Both the position numbers and the translations under genes were made by a program. From Gracilinanus agilis (lineage: Eukaryota), in the NCBI RefSeq assembly GCF_016433145.1, contig NC_058134.1, positions 216,036,257 through 216,100,256 of the forward strand: DNA of 64,000 nucleotides. Reading direction: 5' to 3'. The notes beneath the pieces were generated by a model. It worked only from the letters and a program-made list of their open reading frames with translations, had not been told where the DNA came from and did no database searches. Below, one piece after another: positions 11,854 to 23,017 of the stretch; the stretch's first letter is position 1, and each line of letters opens with the position of its first letter.

Positions 11854-11953
11854 GAAATTTTTGAAACATCAGCTCCGAGGGAAGAACTGTGAGCTGCTGC
11901 TGGTCGTCCCAGAAGAGGTGGAGGCCCGCCAGACTTGGAGGGCAGACATGTAA
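11854..11953 (+). CDS. JOSD1: JOSD1 coding exon 4 (stop)
   Basis: Acceptor TGTCACAG|, [35 protein letters not shown] at 11951-11953. CDS total 185+129+195+100=609 nt, 202 aa. Confidence 0.97.
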
Positions 11954-13851
11954 CCCAGCTCTGCCTTTCTTTCCCTCTCTAACTCCAAGCCTTCCCCTCC
12001 CCTGAGAGCCTTCATAGTGGTGTGGCCTGTTTCACCACAGGTCTCTTCTTCCTGCCCCCACATCTTGTTGGGTTCATTCTTCCCAGACTCTACAGTGCAA
12101 TAGGTCAGTTATGGGGCAGTCACTTGTTCCTGGAGAAGGAAGAAAGGAAGGAAGGAAGTGAGTGAGTGAGGACACTGTTCACCTTCTCTTAGGCTCCTTT
12201 AAGTGCAGAGGAGAAAAGGTGGTCCTAGCATTGACTTCTTCCTTATAAAGGCCATACTTTGGATTTGATACACAACCTTTGCTGGAGTTTACCACCTGCT
12301 GCCCCCTATTTGGACATGCTGCCTCCATTTTCCCTTTCCTGTCTAATTTATGGGTCTGAAGATACTCATAAAGCCCAGGTTGACTGACTTGGAGGGCCAG
12401 AAGCATAGGGGCCTCTCAGGAAATCATCTCCATAACCCTCCTTAGCAGTGGTACAGCATGCTGAATGATTCTAACCTTCAGCCCCACCTCATCTAAGAGC
12501 ATATCTCTAAAAGAAAAGAGGCCCATTGTGAGTATTTTTCAAGAGGAAAATTTCTTTATCTTGGGCATTAGCTGAAATGTGTCACATTCAGGAGGGGCAA
12601 GGGTTGGGGAGCAATCCATACACTATGGGAGGGGGTAACCTGGCCTTGGGTGTCTGGTTCTATGAAGTCCCCACCATTTCACCACGTTAGAGATGTTTCA
12701 GTGGGGAGGAGGTTGTAGGAGAAAAGGAAGAGATGTCTCCAACTTTACCCCAAGGGTCTCAAAAGGATAAGTTTGAGCTGAGAACATTCTTTTCTAAAGG
12801 AATTGTAGTCGTTGAGGATGGGAAGAGCACAAAGTGTTGGGAGCTAGCAGAAGGACTGGGAGTGGAGGCAACTCTTAAGAGCCAGAGCCCCCAAATCAGG
12901 TAGTGGGAATATTGTGGGGTGTGGCCTTTGACCATCTGCTGACAGCCTTTACAGGTGGCCACTTTTATAATTCTGGAAGATAAGAGCCACAGGCAAATAA
13001 TGGCTTTTGTTTCCCTCTACCCTGGTTGGTCTTCTGAGCTGTTGTGGCTCCCTTAGAAATGGAGACGAGTGATGGTGCTGACTGGTAAGGGTGAACGCTG
13101 CCACATGGGCACACTTCTCTCCAGCAGCAGAACTAGGACCATACGTCAAGCCTGAGCAGGCCAAGCTGGCCTGAGCTATCAGTAGCTTTCTCCCACCTGT
13201 GACTGGAGCGCATGTTTACACCAGCACTTCTGCACACTTACCTACAATCCACCAAGGCCATTTTTTTATGCTGAATGATGGCGGCCAGAAAGCAGTTCCT
13301 GCATCATCCCCTCCCAGCACTTGGCCGCAATGTCTCCTGCACTGTTTTTCACACTAGTTAGACCTGCTGCTTGGCCCCTTGGGGAGCTCTGTGACCCTGC
13401 ACGATGACATTCCATTCACCACCACCAGCCAGAAGATTCAGCCAACTTTGGTGGGCCTGTAGGAAGAGCTCTGTCCATGACAGCAAGCCATTTACTGGGA
13501 AGGAACCTGCTAGATCCATGCAAATGGCACAAGAGGCCTCATGCACATGGAGTCCACAAGCCAATGGAATATGCAAAGACGCTTTATAAACATTTCAGGG
13601 CTGGTTTCTCTGTTCATATCCAATTCTGGTGCTCAGGAACAGGGACCCATGCTGATGCCCAAGGGCATGGAGACCCCTGTCCCTCCAAGGAAGGGGATCT
13701 CCAGGCCCTATTGCCCATCAGTGGGCAACCCTAGGCTGTTTATTTTTCTTGCTTCCCTTCTTCCCTTTTGTTGGCCTTGTGCTGGGTTTGTTTACAGAGG
13801 ATGTATTTTGTTTAACCAAATATTAAAAAAAAAAAAATGGAAAACTCCATA

Positions 13852-13914
13852 AATAAACCCCATTACTCATCTGTCTGCTTGAGTTCTGTAAGTATGTAAA
13901 AGGAAAAAAATAAA
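13852..13914 (+). terminator. JOSD1: JOSD1 polyadenylation signals (tandem AATAAA)
   Basis: AATAAA at 13852-13857 and 13909-13914, followed by a GT/T-rich element (TCTTTACTGTGTTGTTG). Implies a ~1.9-kb 3'UTR. Confidence 0.7.
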
Positions 13915-14560
13915 CCCTTTTCTTTACTGTGTTGTTGATTTCATGTAAAAGGGTTTACCTATCATGGGCAGGACAAGTCTTCCTTGTTGCCCATTTTAAG
14001 TCATTACCTTATGCCCCAGTGTGGCCAAAAAGGCTAAAAGTAGACCCTGCTTTATAGGCTCGGGTCTAAACTCAAGTCTTCCGAGTCCTAACCCAAGTGG
14101 ACTTGTTTCCTTATTTGCAAAATAAGGGGAGATAGCATTTCCCATGATCCTTTTCAGGTGTAAATCTTATGGTCCTAATTTATTAAAAATTTAGATTCTT
14201 AAGAAGTCAGGTGATAGTAGAATCCCTTCCAGTTGTGACTTCCCATTGCATATTTAAAATGCAAATGGACTTTAAAGTAGGCCCTCTTGCTGGCAGTGAC
14301 TTGCTTGACTGTGGCAGGGATCCTCAGACCTCCCAAAATGTCCTTGAGGTTCTCTGCAACCAGTACTTCTTGGGGCAAATTTTGTCTCCATTTTGCAGCC
14401 CCAAACTATAGGCCATTCAAGTTCATGAGGGCCAAGAAAAAGACTAGGAACCAACCTCCTGGAAACCAGCTTCTTGCTGGACTGAATCTTTCCCAACTTA
14501 GTAGGTTCTGCCAGAGATGGTCTTCATCCTTCCCCCAAGTTCATATATGAAATATAGCCA

Positions 14561-14768
14561 GGGGGGGCAGCTGGGTAGCTCAGTGGATTGAGAGTCAGGC
14601 CTAGAGACCACGGGAGGTCCTAGGTTCAAATCCGGCCTCAGATACTTCCCAGCTGTGTGACCCTGGGCAAGTCACCTGACCCCTATTGCCCACCCTTACC
14701 ACTCTTCCACCTGGGAGCCAATACATAGAAGTTAAGGGTTTAAAAATGTAAAAAAAAAAAAAAAAAAA
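14561..14768 (+). mobile_element. Young SINE (SINE1_Mdo-like)
   Basis: Full head, core and poly-A. Imperfect TSD AAATATAGCCA (14550-14560) / AAATGTAGCCA (14769-14779). Confidence 0.93.
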
Positions 14769-15154
14769 AAATGTAGCCAATTTGATTACACATCCTCTAC
14801 TAATGGTTTTTTGTAAGACTATGGCAAGCTTTGGGACCTGCTCTGTTTATCTGTCAGTCAATCCTTTGCAGTACTGAAGATGGACCTCCAGCTAGTCTAC
14901 CCAAAGCAGGTGAATAAAAGCTACTGTCTGAGTAAGAATCTTAATGCAGAAAAACAGAACAGAAGAAGACTGACTCCATGAGCCTTGGATGACTTTCCTT
15001 CTGGGAACTTAACACCTTTGGCTTGGGCTCACTGGGTGGTTGTGCTCCTGGCAACCTAAGTCACATCTAATCCACAGAAGCCAATGTGGAGAATCACAGC
15101 CCTGGAGAGGGAAACAGACAAGCCACATGGCCAAGACTTTGAGTTGGAATAATT

Positions 15155-15167
15155 TTTAATATTTATT
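15155..15167 (-). terminator. TOMM22: TOMM22 polyadenylation signals
   Basis: Minus-strand AATAAA (15167-15162) and ATTAAA (15160-15155), with GT-rich sequence downstream on the minus strand. Confidence 0.65.
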
Positions 15168-15746
15168 ACAAAAAGTTAGCGATGATTTTCTCATACACAC
15201 ATTGCTTTATAGGGCAAACAGAAAACTGCCAGCACGCCAGGAAGAGACCATGACTCCTTCATCCTTCTCCCTGGTTTTAGGTAGAGCTGCCCAGAGCACA
15301 CACATTCAGTGACGCTTATAAACCCCACAGTTGTTGCACTGGGTCAGATTCTGGTTTCTTCCCCTACGGTTCTCAGTGGTCAGACGGAGCTCGATCTTGC
15401 TGACTTCTGTTCCCCAACCCCATTCCCCCCGCAAAGGCAGAGGGGGATCCCTTGACTGATAGCAGCTTAGTGAGGTGGATAGCAAGGCCGAAGGGAGCTA
15501 GGGAGTCACTGCATCCTTGCACTCCCTGGTATCAGTGGGAGGACTGAAGAAAAAGACATCATGCCAGTGTGCACTGCACAGCTCTACAGAGGGGTACAAA
15601 GGATTCTGCCCATAGTGTTCGGATGGTTCAACGTGCCCAAGAAACCCAGAAAAAAACAAAAACATTTCAAACGACCAACAGTTCCCCAACACAGTTGAGT
15701 TTGAAACTTCCCCTCATCGAGCACAGTCAGATGCAGTGGATCCTCT

Positions 15747-15821
15747 CTAAATCTTTCCAGGAAGTGGAGGCAGGGCCCCTGGCATCCCTCCAGACAGACC
15801 TGTGTTAGGGCCTAGGAGGAT
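15747..15821 (-). CDS. TOMM22: TOMM22 exon 4 (stop)
   Basis: Acceptor CTTCTCTTATAG|, ILLGPNTGLSGGMPGALPPLPGKI*. 75 nt; CDS total 138+119+118+75=450 nt, 149 aa. Confidence 0.96.
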   Translation of the reverse strand: MLLGPNTGLSGGMPGALPPLPGKI

Positions 15822-16125
15822 CTATAAGAGAAGGGAAGGAATCACAAGGAAGGAAAAAGACACGTTACACAGGTGATCACTAAAGGAACCTTAAAAGAGT
15901 GTCCAATCCAGTCCCTTTCATTTTATAGACATTGAGGTTCTCCACCCAAAGTTTGGAGATCCCTGATTCAGTCTGGGGTTGGCCTCAGGACTCTAACATG
16001 TCCACACGATGACATACTCAGGCATGTGAATCAGCATCCAAGGGGCTTGATGCAGCACTGAGTATACAGCTGGAAACTCCCACTACGGACCAGAGACTGA
16101 GGAGGTCCCCAGCCAATCTCCTCAC

Positions 16126-16243
16126 CTGCCGCTGCTGTAGCTGTTGCTGCTGCTCCATCTGGAGCTTCTCTGTTTCAAAGACAACCGGCAGAACGAGGAT
16201 CATGAAGGAGGTGGTCCCAATCCACAGAGCTGCCCTGGAGAAC
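16126..16243 (-). CDS. TOMM22: TOMM22 exon 3 (transmembrane helix and Gln-rich segment)
   Basis: FSRAALWIGTTSFMILVLPVVFETEKLQMEQQQQLQQRQ; acceptor GGCAG|, donor CAG|GTGAGG. 118 nt. Confidence 0.97.
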
Positions 16244-16638
16244 CTGCCCCAAACACAGGAAGGCAGATGGTGAGCCTGGCCTGTGGGATCACAGCTGATC
16301 CTGCAGCTTCCTCCAACTCTGAAGAAACCCCCTGGACTAGTGGGAAAGTGATGAATGACCCTTTAGGCATCCCAGCTCCTCAGGACAAAGTCTCCCTTTC
16401 TATAAAATGGGGAAACTTTCTGCCTCGCCGGTTTGCCAGGAGGGAAAGCTTCTAAGTGGCAACCAGGTATTGCCTTTACTTTTGAGAGAAAGCATGCTGT
16501 AGGAAGGAGGAGGCCTGGATTCACATATATGAGTTGGATACCATTGGCTAAATCCCTCTGCTTCTCTGTAAAATGGGGAGAACACACAGCCTCAAGGTGA
16601 GGAAAGCATGGGGTCTGCAGCTCAGGGTCCCTGCTTAC

Positions 16639-16757
16639 CGATACATTTTCTGGGCTACAGTGAGGGAGAGGTCAAAGGTAGCTCCTGCAGCAGACCGGAC
16701 GCATTCTGGGAACATCTCTGTCAGGCCCCACAGTCTCTCGGCCAGGGTCTCATCGAG
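16639..16757 (-). CDS. TOMM22: TOMM22 exon 2
   Basis: LDETLAERLWGLTEMFPECVRSAAGATFDLSLTVAQKMY; acceptor TTCTGCAG|, donor CG|GTAAGC. 119 nt. Confidence 0.97.
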
Positions 16758-17019
16758 CTGCAGAATTAAGAGAAGGTGAAAACCAGTCAAAAGCTGGAGT
16801 GCCCAGGTGAAGGCCCAGCTCTGGGACCAAGTCTTAGATGATGCCTTCAGTTTCCTCCTCTGTAAAAAGAAGGGCTTGGATCAAACAATCACTGACATCT
16901 TTGCTATGATGACTTGGCCATTCCTCCCCCTTCTAGACCACTTTTTTCTACACCTCTTCCCAGCCCACACCCCTCTCACTTCTCAGACCACTGATCTGGA
17001 AAGGACCTTGGTCCTCATT

Positions 17020-17460
17020 TTGTTTTAAACTTTTACTTTGTCTTCCATAACAATTCTAAGTCAGAAGAATGCTAAGGAGGCTAGGCAAAGGGGGTCAAGT
17101 GACTTGTCCAGGGTCACAAAGCTAGGAAGTATCTGAAGCCACGTTTGAATCTAGAGCTCTTGACTCCAGGTTTGGCGCTCTAACCAACCTAGCACTCACC
17201 TAACAACAATAATAATAGTAGCTAACATTTATAAAGCATTTACTATGTGCCAGGAACTGGGCTAGATGCTTTAGCATTAACATCTCAAGAAATCCTGGAA
17301 ACAATCCTGGGAGACTGGTGATATTATACTGCCCCTGTTACAGACCAGTAAAGTGAGGGACAGAAGAGGTGATGTGACCTATCCAGGGTCATACGGCTGG
17401 ACAGGGTCTAAGACTGGATTCTAACTCAGGTTTTCCTGCCCCAGGCCCCAAGTGACCTAG
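17020..17460 (-). mobile_element. SINE plus adjacent MIR-like fragment
   Basis: Reverse-complement CORE sequence twice (AAGTGACTTGTCCAGGGTCAC; GTGACCTATCCAGGGTCA). Boundaries approximate. Confidence 0.7.
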
Positions 17461-17739
17461 CAGAGAGCACAGCTGGTCAGTCCCTAGGCATTGGCCACAA
17501 ATTTACCAAGGGCAGGGGGAGAAGGAGGAAACAAAGGACTCACCCTCTTGGGGGGGAGGGGCACATTGGCAGCCTCCCAGGGTGCTGGGTTCCAGTGCTG
17601 CCTCTGACAAGTCCCTATGTGAGATCCGGGTCAGAAGCCCTGGATTCGAATTCTGAGGCCTATCCTGGCTCCCCTGTGACCTGGACCTCGGGGGGGAGCT
17701 GGGCTGAGCCTTAGTCCCAATGACCTTGGCCAAGTCACC

Positions 17740-18460
17740 TCCTTTCCCGGCGGCGATCTCCCGGTGTCAGATTTCGGAGCCTCCCACCCTCAAATAAGGC
17801 CGATGCTTAATAAAGGCTCGCTCCTGCTGCCTTCGCCAATGTGCAAAGGGCGGAAGAAGGTTTCGAGCCGCGCTCTGTCCCCGGACCTCAGTTTCCCCGT
17901 CTGCAAAATGAGCGCCTCGGTTCCACCCGTTCCCGGGCCCCACGCGCGTTCGTCCGGCCCTGCCCGGCCCCACCTCGTCATCATCTTCGTCCTCCAGCTC
18001 TTCCTCGGCCTTGTCGGCGCCTCCCTGGAGCAGCAGCTCGTCCGTAGACACCGAGGAGCCCGACGGCGAAGGGGCGGCGGCAGCAGTGGCGGAGGACGAG
18101 GCGGCAGCCATGACTCTAGGGGACACAGGAAGCGGAAAGAGAATGCGAGGCGTCGGGGGACAGGCAGAGTTACCGGGCGGGGAGGCGGGGCTGCGAGGGA
18201 GGGATGGAGGGATGGACAGAAGCGCGCGCGCCCCGCGTGGCCGGAGGGAGAAGTGATACCGCGGAAGCCCGGTGCTCAAGGCCGGGCCATAGACACCTCC
18301 CCAGCTAGGGCGGAACCAGCTGATCAGGAGCTGGTCTGGGAGAGAGAGGGTGCGAGCGCCCCCGCGCGTCTGGACGGAGAAGTAACTGCGGCGGCCCCAG
18401 GGCTCTAGTCACCTCCCTGCTAGGCTGGAACCAGTAGAACAGGGGCGGCGCCAGCTCCGC
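17740..18460 (-). promoter_or_regulatory. TOMM22: TOMM22 CpG island/promoter
   Basis: Dense CpG around exon 1; GC boxes (GGGCGGGG near 18175-18190) and ETS-like GGAAG/CGGAA motifs just upstream of the ATG. Confidence 0.8.
17974..18111 (-). CDS. TOMM22: Mitochondrial import receptor TOM22, exon 1
   Basis: MAAASSSATAAAAPSPSGSSVSTDELLLQGGADKAEEELEDEDDDE (acidic cytosolic domain); ATG at 18111, donor GAG|GTGGGG. 138 nt. Confidence 0.95.
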
Positions 18461-19691
18461 CCCACCCCCACCCCAGCAGTGCAGTTCTGGGGCAACCTCA
18501 CCTAGTAAGTGTCCAGGCGATGCCTCGCAGTTCTCCTACAGCCAGGATTAACCAATGGGAAGGGCAAAGTGCATCCTCCAATAGGGTTGGGCCTGCTCTT
18601 CCAGAATACTTAACCCTAAGTATTCCGGGCCTGGAACAAACCTCCTGAGTCTAGGTGAGCCAAGGATTGACCAGGTCAAGGAGGCGATCCTTCCCGTAAT
18701 AATCAATAAGCATTGTCAGTGCCGGTGCTGGGGATTAGGGAGGTATAGCCGCCCAGCCCTCAGGGAGCTCCCCTTCCACCGGAGGACACATCTAGAGGCT
18801 TAGCCAGCCGGTGTGGTCCTTAGAGAGCAGCAACAAAACAAATTGGCTGCACCCTCACCTTTGTATTTCTGATGGAGGCCAAGGGTTTTGGCGATAAGAA
18901 CTCTCCCAGGATTCCAGAGTGTGAGAGCAGCCCCTGCACCAAGGAGCCATCCTGATGATGGCCAAAGGCACCTGGCTTGTAGCACTTACCCCTTGGCCCT
19001 TCCCCAGAGCTTCCTCCAGGCCAGCTCATCTGCTCTGAGAGAGGAGTTGGTGGGGAGAGTGGCCTGGAAGTAAACGCTGGGGTCCTGCTTGGACTGAGGT
19101 GGGAGATGCTGCCCCTCCCAAGGCTCCTGGGTCCAAATGCCTCTTGGTGGCCCTTGGCCAGTTGTTCCTGGTTGTGATGAGCAAGGTGGGCCCTTCTATT
19201 CAAGGGATGAGATTAGAATCTATTCCTTGGAAAGTAACTCTTTAACTGGAGAAACTCAAACCTATTCAATTTAGATTCTCAGTTTTGGTGCTGTAAGTGG
19301 AACCCAAATGATTCCATGAAGCCTGACAGATAAGGCCTCTATCCTGATGGGACTTGGCTCCCATTTCCTCTCCACTGGACAAAGATTTGAGTGAAAGGGG
19401 AAGCTCCAACCCTCACTTGAAATGATATCTGGCACTTAGGGGATGCCCGAGAGTGTACAGAACACATCATCAGATTTGACCATCAGCCCCTCCTTCCCTG
19501 TTGGCTCTCAAGGGATACTCATCATACCTTCACCTCCTCATGGACAAATACATACCCAGTGGCTGCCCTCATTCTCCCCCCCCCAACACTCTGGCTCCAC
19601 CTGCTGCTGAGGCCCCAAATATGTCCAGTCTTTGTACCCTACCCTGCCTGGGTACAATTATCTCAGCCACAGCAAGACTGATTTCACCATC

Positions 19692-19697
19692 TTTAAT
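19692..19697 (-). terminator. CBY1: Candidate CBY1 polyadenylation signal (ATTAAA)
   Basis: Minus-strand ATTAAA about 470 nt downstream of the CBY1 stop. Not verifiable without 3'-end data. Confidence 0.4.
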
Positions 19698-20167
19698 AAA
19701 AAAAGGAAAAAGTGAAAACTAGAAAAACCATACTAGGCCAGAACAGCCTGAAATGGGCAAGCTGCTGTAGCCCCCAGCAAGTAACTTAGGAGCCATGGGT
19801 TAGAGGGTGGAGCTGGACCTGAGGCCACTCCAGAGATTTTCAGAAGCAGCTGACAACCCAGCTAAACAGTGTCCAGAGTGTTAAGGGAAGAATCAGTTGG
19901 GGGGGGGGGTGCTTCTTCCAAGCAGGGCTTGCATCTTCCTCCCCCAACACTTCAACTCTGGCTGGGCCTGCTTCCTTCCCATGTTGCCCCCAAGATTCCT
20001 AGCACATGGAGTCTCAGCATTCCCTGGCCTGGAGGTGAGGCTCCGGCCAGTTCTGCATTCAAGTGTCTTTAGATGGAGATAGCATTTCTTCCTCCCTGAT
20101 CCTGTGGGTACTGATCCTTGACCCTACAACCCCAAGGCTCAGCTAGACAACTTAAAGGCATCTGGCT

Positions 20168-20248
20168 TCACTTCCTCCTCCGGCTGATGCTCTTGAGTTC
20201 ATCCAGTTCCTTCTCCATGAGGTGGGACTCAGCAGTGGTCTCAGAGAG
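20168..20248 (-). CDS. CBY1: CBY1 last coding exon
   Basis: Acceptor CTTTTCTTTTAG|, LSETTAESHLMEKELDELKSISRRRK*. 81 nt; CDS total 78+106+119+81=384 nt, 127 aa. Confidence 0.96.
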   Translation of the reverse strand, partial: LSETTAESHLMEKELDELKSISRRRK

Positions 20249-20426
20249 CTAAAAGAAAAGTAGGACACCATCAACACAACACTGGGCCTCAGGGGTTCTG
20301 GGCCTTCAGCTTGGCTCTCATTCCTGGAGATAGGTGAAGTCATCAAAAGGAGCTAGGTCTCCCCAGCCACCTCACCCTGGGCATCCCCTTCCCCATGTCC
20401 AGCAGGATGCCCCAGGTCCCCCTCAC

Positions 20427-20545
20427 CATGTCCAGCAGGATGTCCACTTTTAGCCTCAGGAGATTGTTCTCTTCTTCCAACTGCTGATTCCTTTTCCGAA
20501 GTCGCTGGGTCTCCCTTCGATCCCCACCTCCGCAGGCCCCTGACT
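20427..20545 (-). CDS. CBY1: CBY1 coding exon 3 (coiled coil)
   Basis: ESGACGGGDRRETQRLRKRNQQLEEENNLLRLKVDILLDM; acceptor CTCCCACAG|, donor ATG|GTGAGG. 119 nt. Confidence 0.96.
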
Positions 20546-20631
20546 CTGTGGGAGAAGAACAGGAGCCATAAGGGTCCATTCCTCTCCCTCCCCACAGGGA
20601 GGGGTCCTAAGGGGCAGCCTATGCTCCTCAC

Positions 20632-20737
20632 CTGCTATCCACTGGCCATTTTCAAACTTGAGGCTCTGCCCAGCCAGGTTCATGGTTGGAGTGCCATAGT
20701 CCAATCCTAACTCAACTTCTCGAGTGGATCTGTCCAG
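20632..20737 (-). CDS. CBY1: CBY1 coding exon 2
   Basis: LDRSTREVELGLDYGTPTMNLAGQSLKFENGQWIA; acceptor CCCTCACAG|, donor CAG|GTGAGG. 106 nt. Confidence 0.97.
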
Positions 20738-22823
20738 CTGTGAGGGCAAAAAGAGCAGAGACCAGCTCAAGTGTGAGCATAGATCCTATCCTGGCTGCCA
20801 CCCTGAGTACTTCCCTCCAGAACAGATGGCCTAATGGACAGTTTCAGAGTAATTCAAGGGCAGGTCCTGGTTCTGCAACTCCACCCTGGTGTCCTCTGGG
20901 CCGCAGCTTCCTCAATCAGAGATCTCTGACAATTTCAGACCTGTTCTGATGATCAAATGAAATCATGGATGTAGGCAGCTAGATGGCACAGTAGATGGCG
21001 TGGCAGGCATTGAGACAGGACGATCTGTTTCAAATCTAGATTCGAACATTTTCTAGGTGTGTGACCCTGGGCAAGTCACTTAACCCCATTTGCCTAGCCT
21101 TTGCTGGCTCTTCTGTCTTAGAACTAATACTAGGACAGAAGGTAAGGGTTTATGGGGGAAAAAATCATGTATGTGATGGACCACAAAGATGTTTTGGGGT
21201 TATCATCATCTTTGGAAGGCCTTGGGGTGGCTGCCAAGATTTTAGGCCCAACTCTTTCTTCTCTTTTTAAATGTAATGACTGCTTTCTGAATAATTATAA
21301 CCTTCTCTCCCCACTGATAGGACAGGGCTTTCTAATCATGGCTGTCCCTTTTGACCTGCCTTGATCCTCCCAACACTGAGGCAGCAACAAGCTTCCTATC
21401 TTTGCCACCATTCTCAGGTAAGGAAACCAAAGCTCACACAGTTAATGACTTCCCCAAAGTCATAAGGTTAGCTCATATTCCTCTTCTAGCTCTCTAGACT
21501 CCCCCTCCCCTCTTGGCCCTTCTAAGTATCCCCTTTCTCTTGACTTTGTATTTATTGACTTGGGTTATAAGCCTCCTATAGAATGTAGCCTCCCTAAAGG
21601 CAGGGATTGTTTCCTTTCTTGATCTTTGCATCCCACATGTCCACTTACAAAAGTCACTTAAATTTTCAAAAACTGAAATATGGCCGTTCTCAGAGAGTTC
21701 TCAGAGAACTATACATGCTACACACTATTCCATGGCAGGTTTTCCTGTGTAAACTGAAACTCTCCAAATTGAATCATATTTAAAATGCACCACAGAGCTG
21801 GTAAATGAAAGGAATCCTACATGGAAATGAATACTCTGGCACGGAAAACCCCTCTTTTTAAAAGCAATTAACTTCCCTCTAATTGAATATTTATGAATCT
21901 AGCTATAATTTGTTTGTTTGTTTGTTTTTCGCTTATGATGGAAATATTTCATCCAAAATGATTTTAGGTCACCTTGATCTGTGCCTCTTGGCACACAGTC
22001 TAGGTTCAGAGAAGTATTTGTGGAGCCAAGTGGGTACCATGCTAAGTAAAGCAAGCAGTCCATACTCTTAATGCCAGAGAAGCCAGGTATATGTATGTAC
22101 AGATACACACATACGTACATGTTCATACGCAAACATATACAGGTGTATACTTTCACTCATATAGCCAAACACAGATTCAAGGCCATTTAAGAGGGGGTGG
22201 GCAGCACTAGCATCTGAGGGGAGAAATCAGGAGAAGTCTCATAAAGGAGGTTAAATTTAGCAGGGGACCTTTAAAACATGGTGCCCCAGAATTGAGCAGT
22301 GTCCCTAGTGTGGTCTGCCCAAGGCAAGGAATAGTATGGCAGGCCTCAATATCCTCTCCAGTAAGCTTGGAGGACTTGCCAAGGTCAAGGGTAGGGTCTG
22401 CCTCCTTCTATTGCAGGGGCCCAAGAGCTCCCTGTCTTATTAGCCTGCTGAAAACAGGGGGTTGGTGGCACTTGGACCAGAGCCTCCTGGTCAGTAGCCC
22501 CAAGGACCCTCTATCAAAGGCCCCTGACCTCTACAAAGCATGGTTACCTCCATAACCTCTGCTCTTTGGCTGGCCCTCTGACCTAGTTTCCTTGGGTTCA
22601 TTGGTCCCTCCTCTGGCTATCTTCACCCTACAGCCTCAGGGGATTTAATGGGTTGTCAGATGTGCTAAGTTCATGCAGTTGATAACTTCCCTCCCCCCAT
22701 CCTGTCCTTGGGTAACAGTTTTCCTAAACAATGCTTTTATAGAATATGCTTGTTTCTTCCACTAGGACATAAACTCCTAGAGAACCAACTGAACGGATTC
22801 CCTCTGAATTTGTTCTTCTAGAG

Positions 22824-23017
22824 CAGCAGTTCCCAAACTTTTTTGGCCTACCACACCCTTTCCAGAAAAAAATATTACTTAGCCCCCTGGAAATTAAATT
22901 TTTTTTAAATTTTAATAGCAATTAGTAGGAAAGATAAATGCACCTGTGGCCATCACCGCCTCACTGGATCGCTGCAGCACCCACCAGGGGGCGGTGGCGC
23001 CCCTTTGGGAAGCACTG
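22824..23017. mobile_element. Non-autonomous hAT (Charlie-type) DNA transposon / MITE, 194 bp
   Basis: Imperfect TIRs CAGCAGTTCCCAAA ... TTTGGGAAGCACTG; perfect 8-bp TSD TTCTAGAG at 22816-22823 and 23018-23025. Confidence 0.93.

Noticed and set aside
17764-18408. 214-aa plus-strand ORF antisense to TOMM22 exon 1
   Set aside because: Antisense shadow of a GC-rich coding exon in a CpG island; Arg/Gly/Ala-biased with no independent evidence.
18820-19203. 127-aa minus-strand ORF between CBY1 and TOMM22
   Set aside because: Non-ATG start, no recognisable product, no convincing splice sites.
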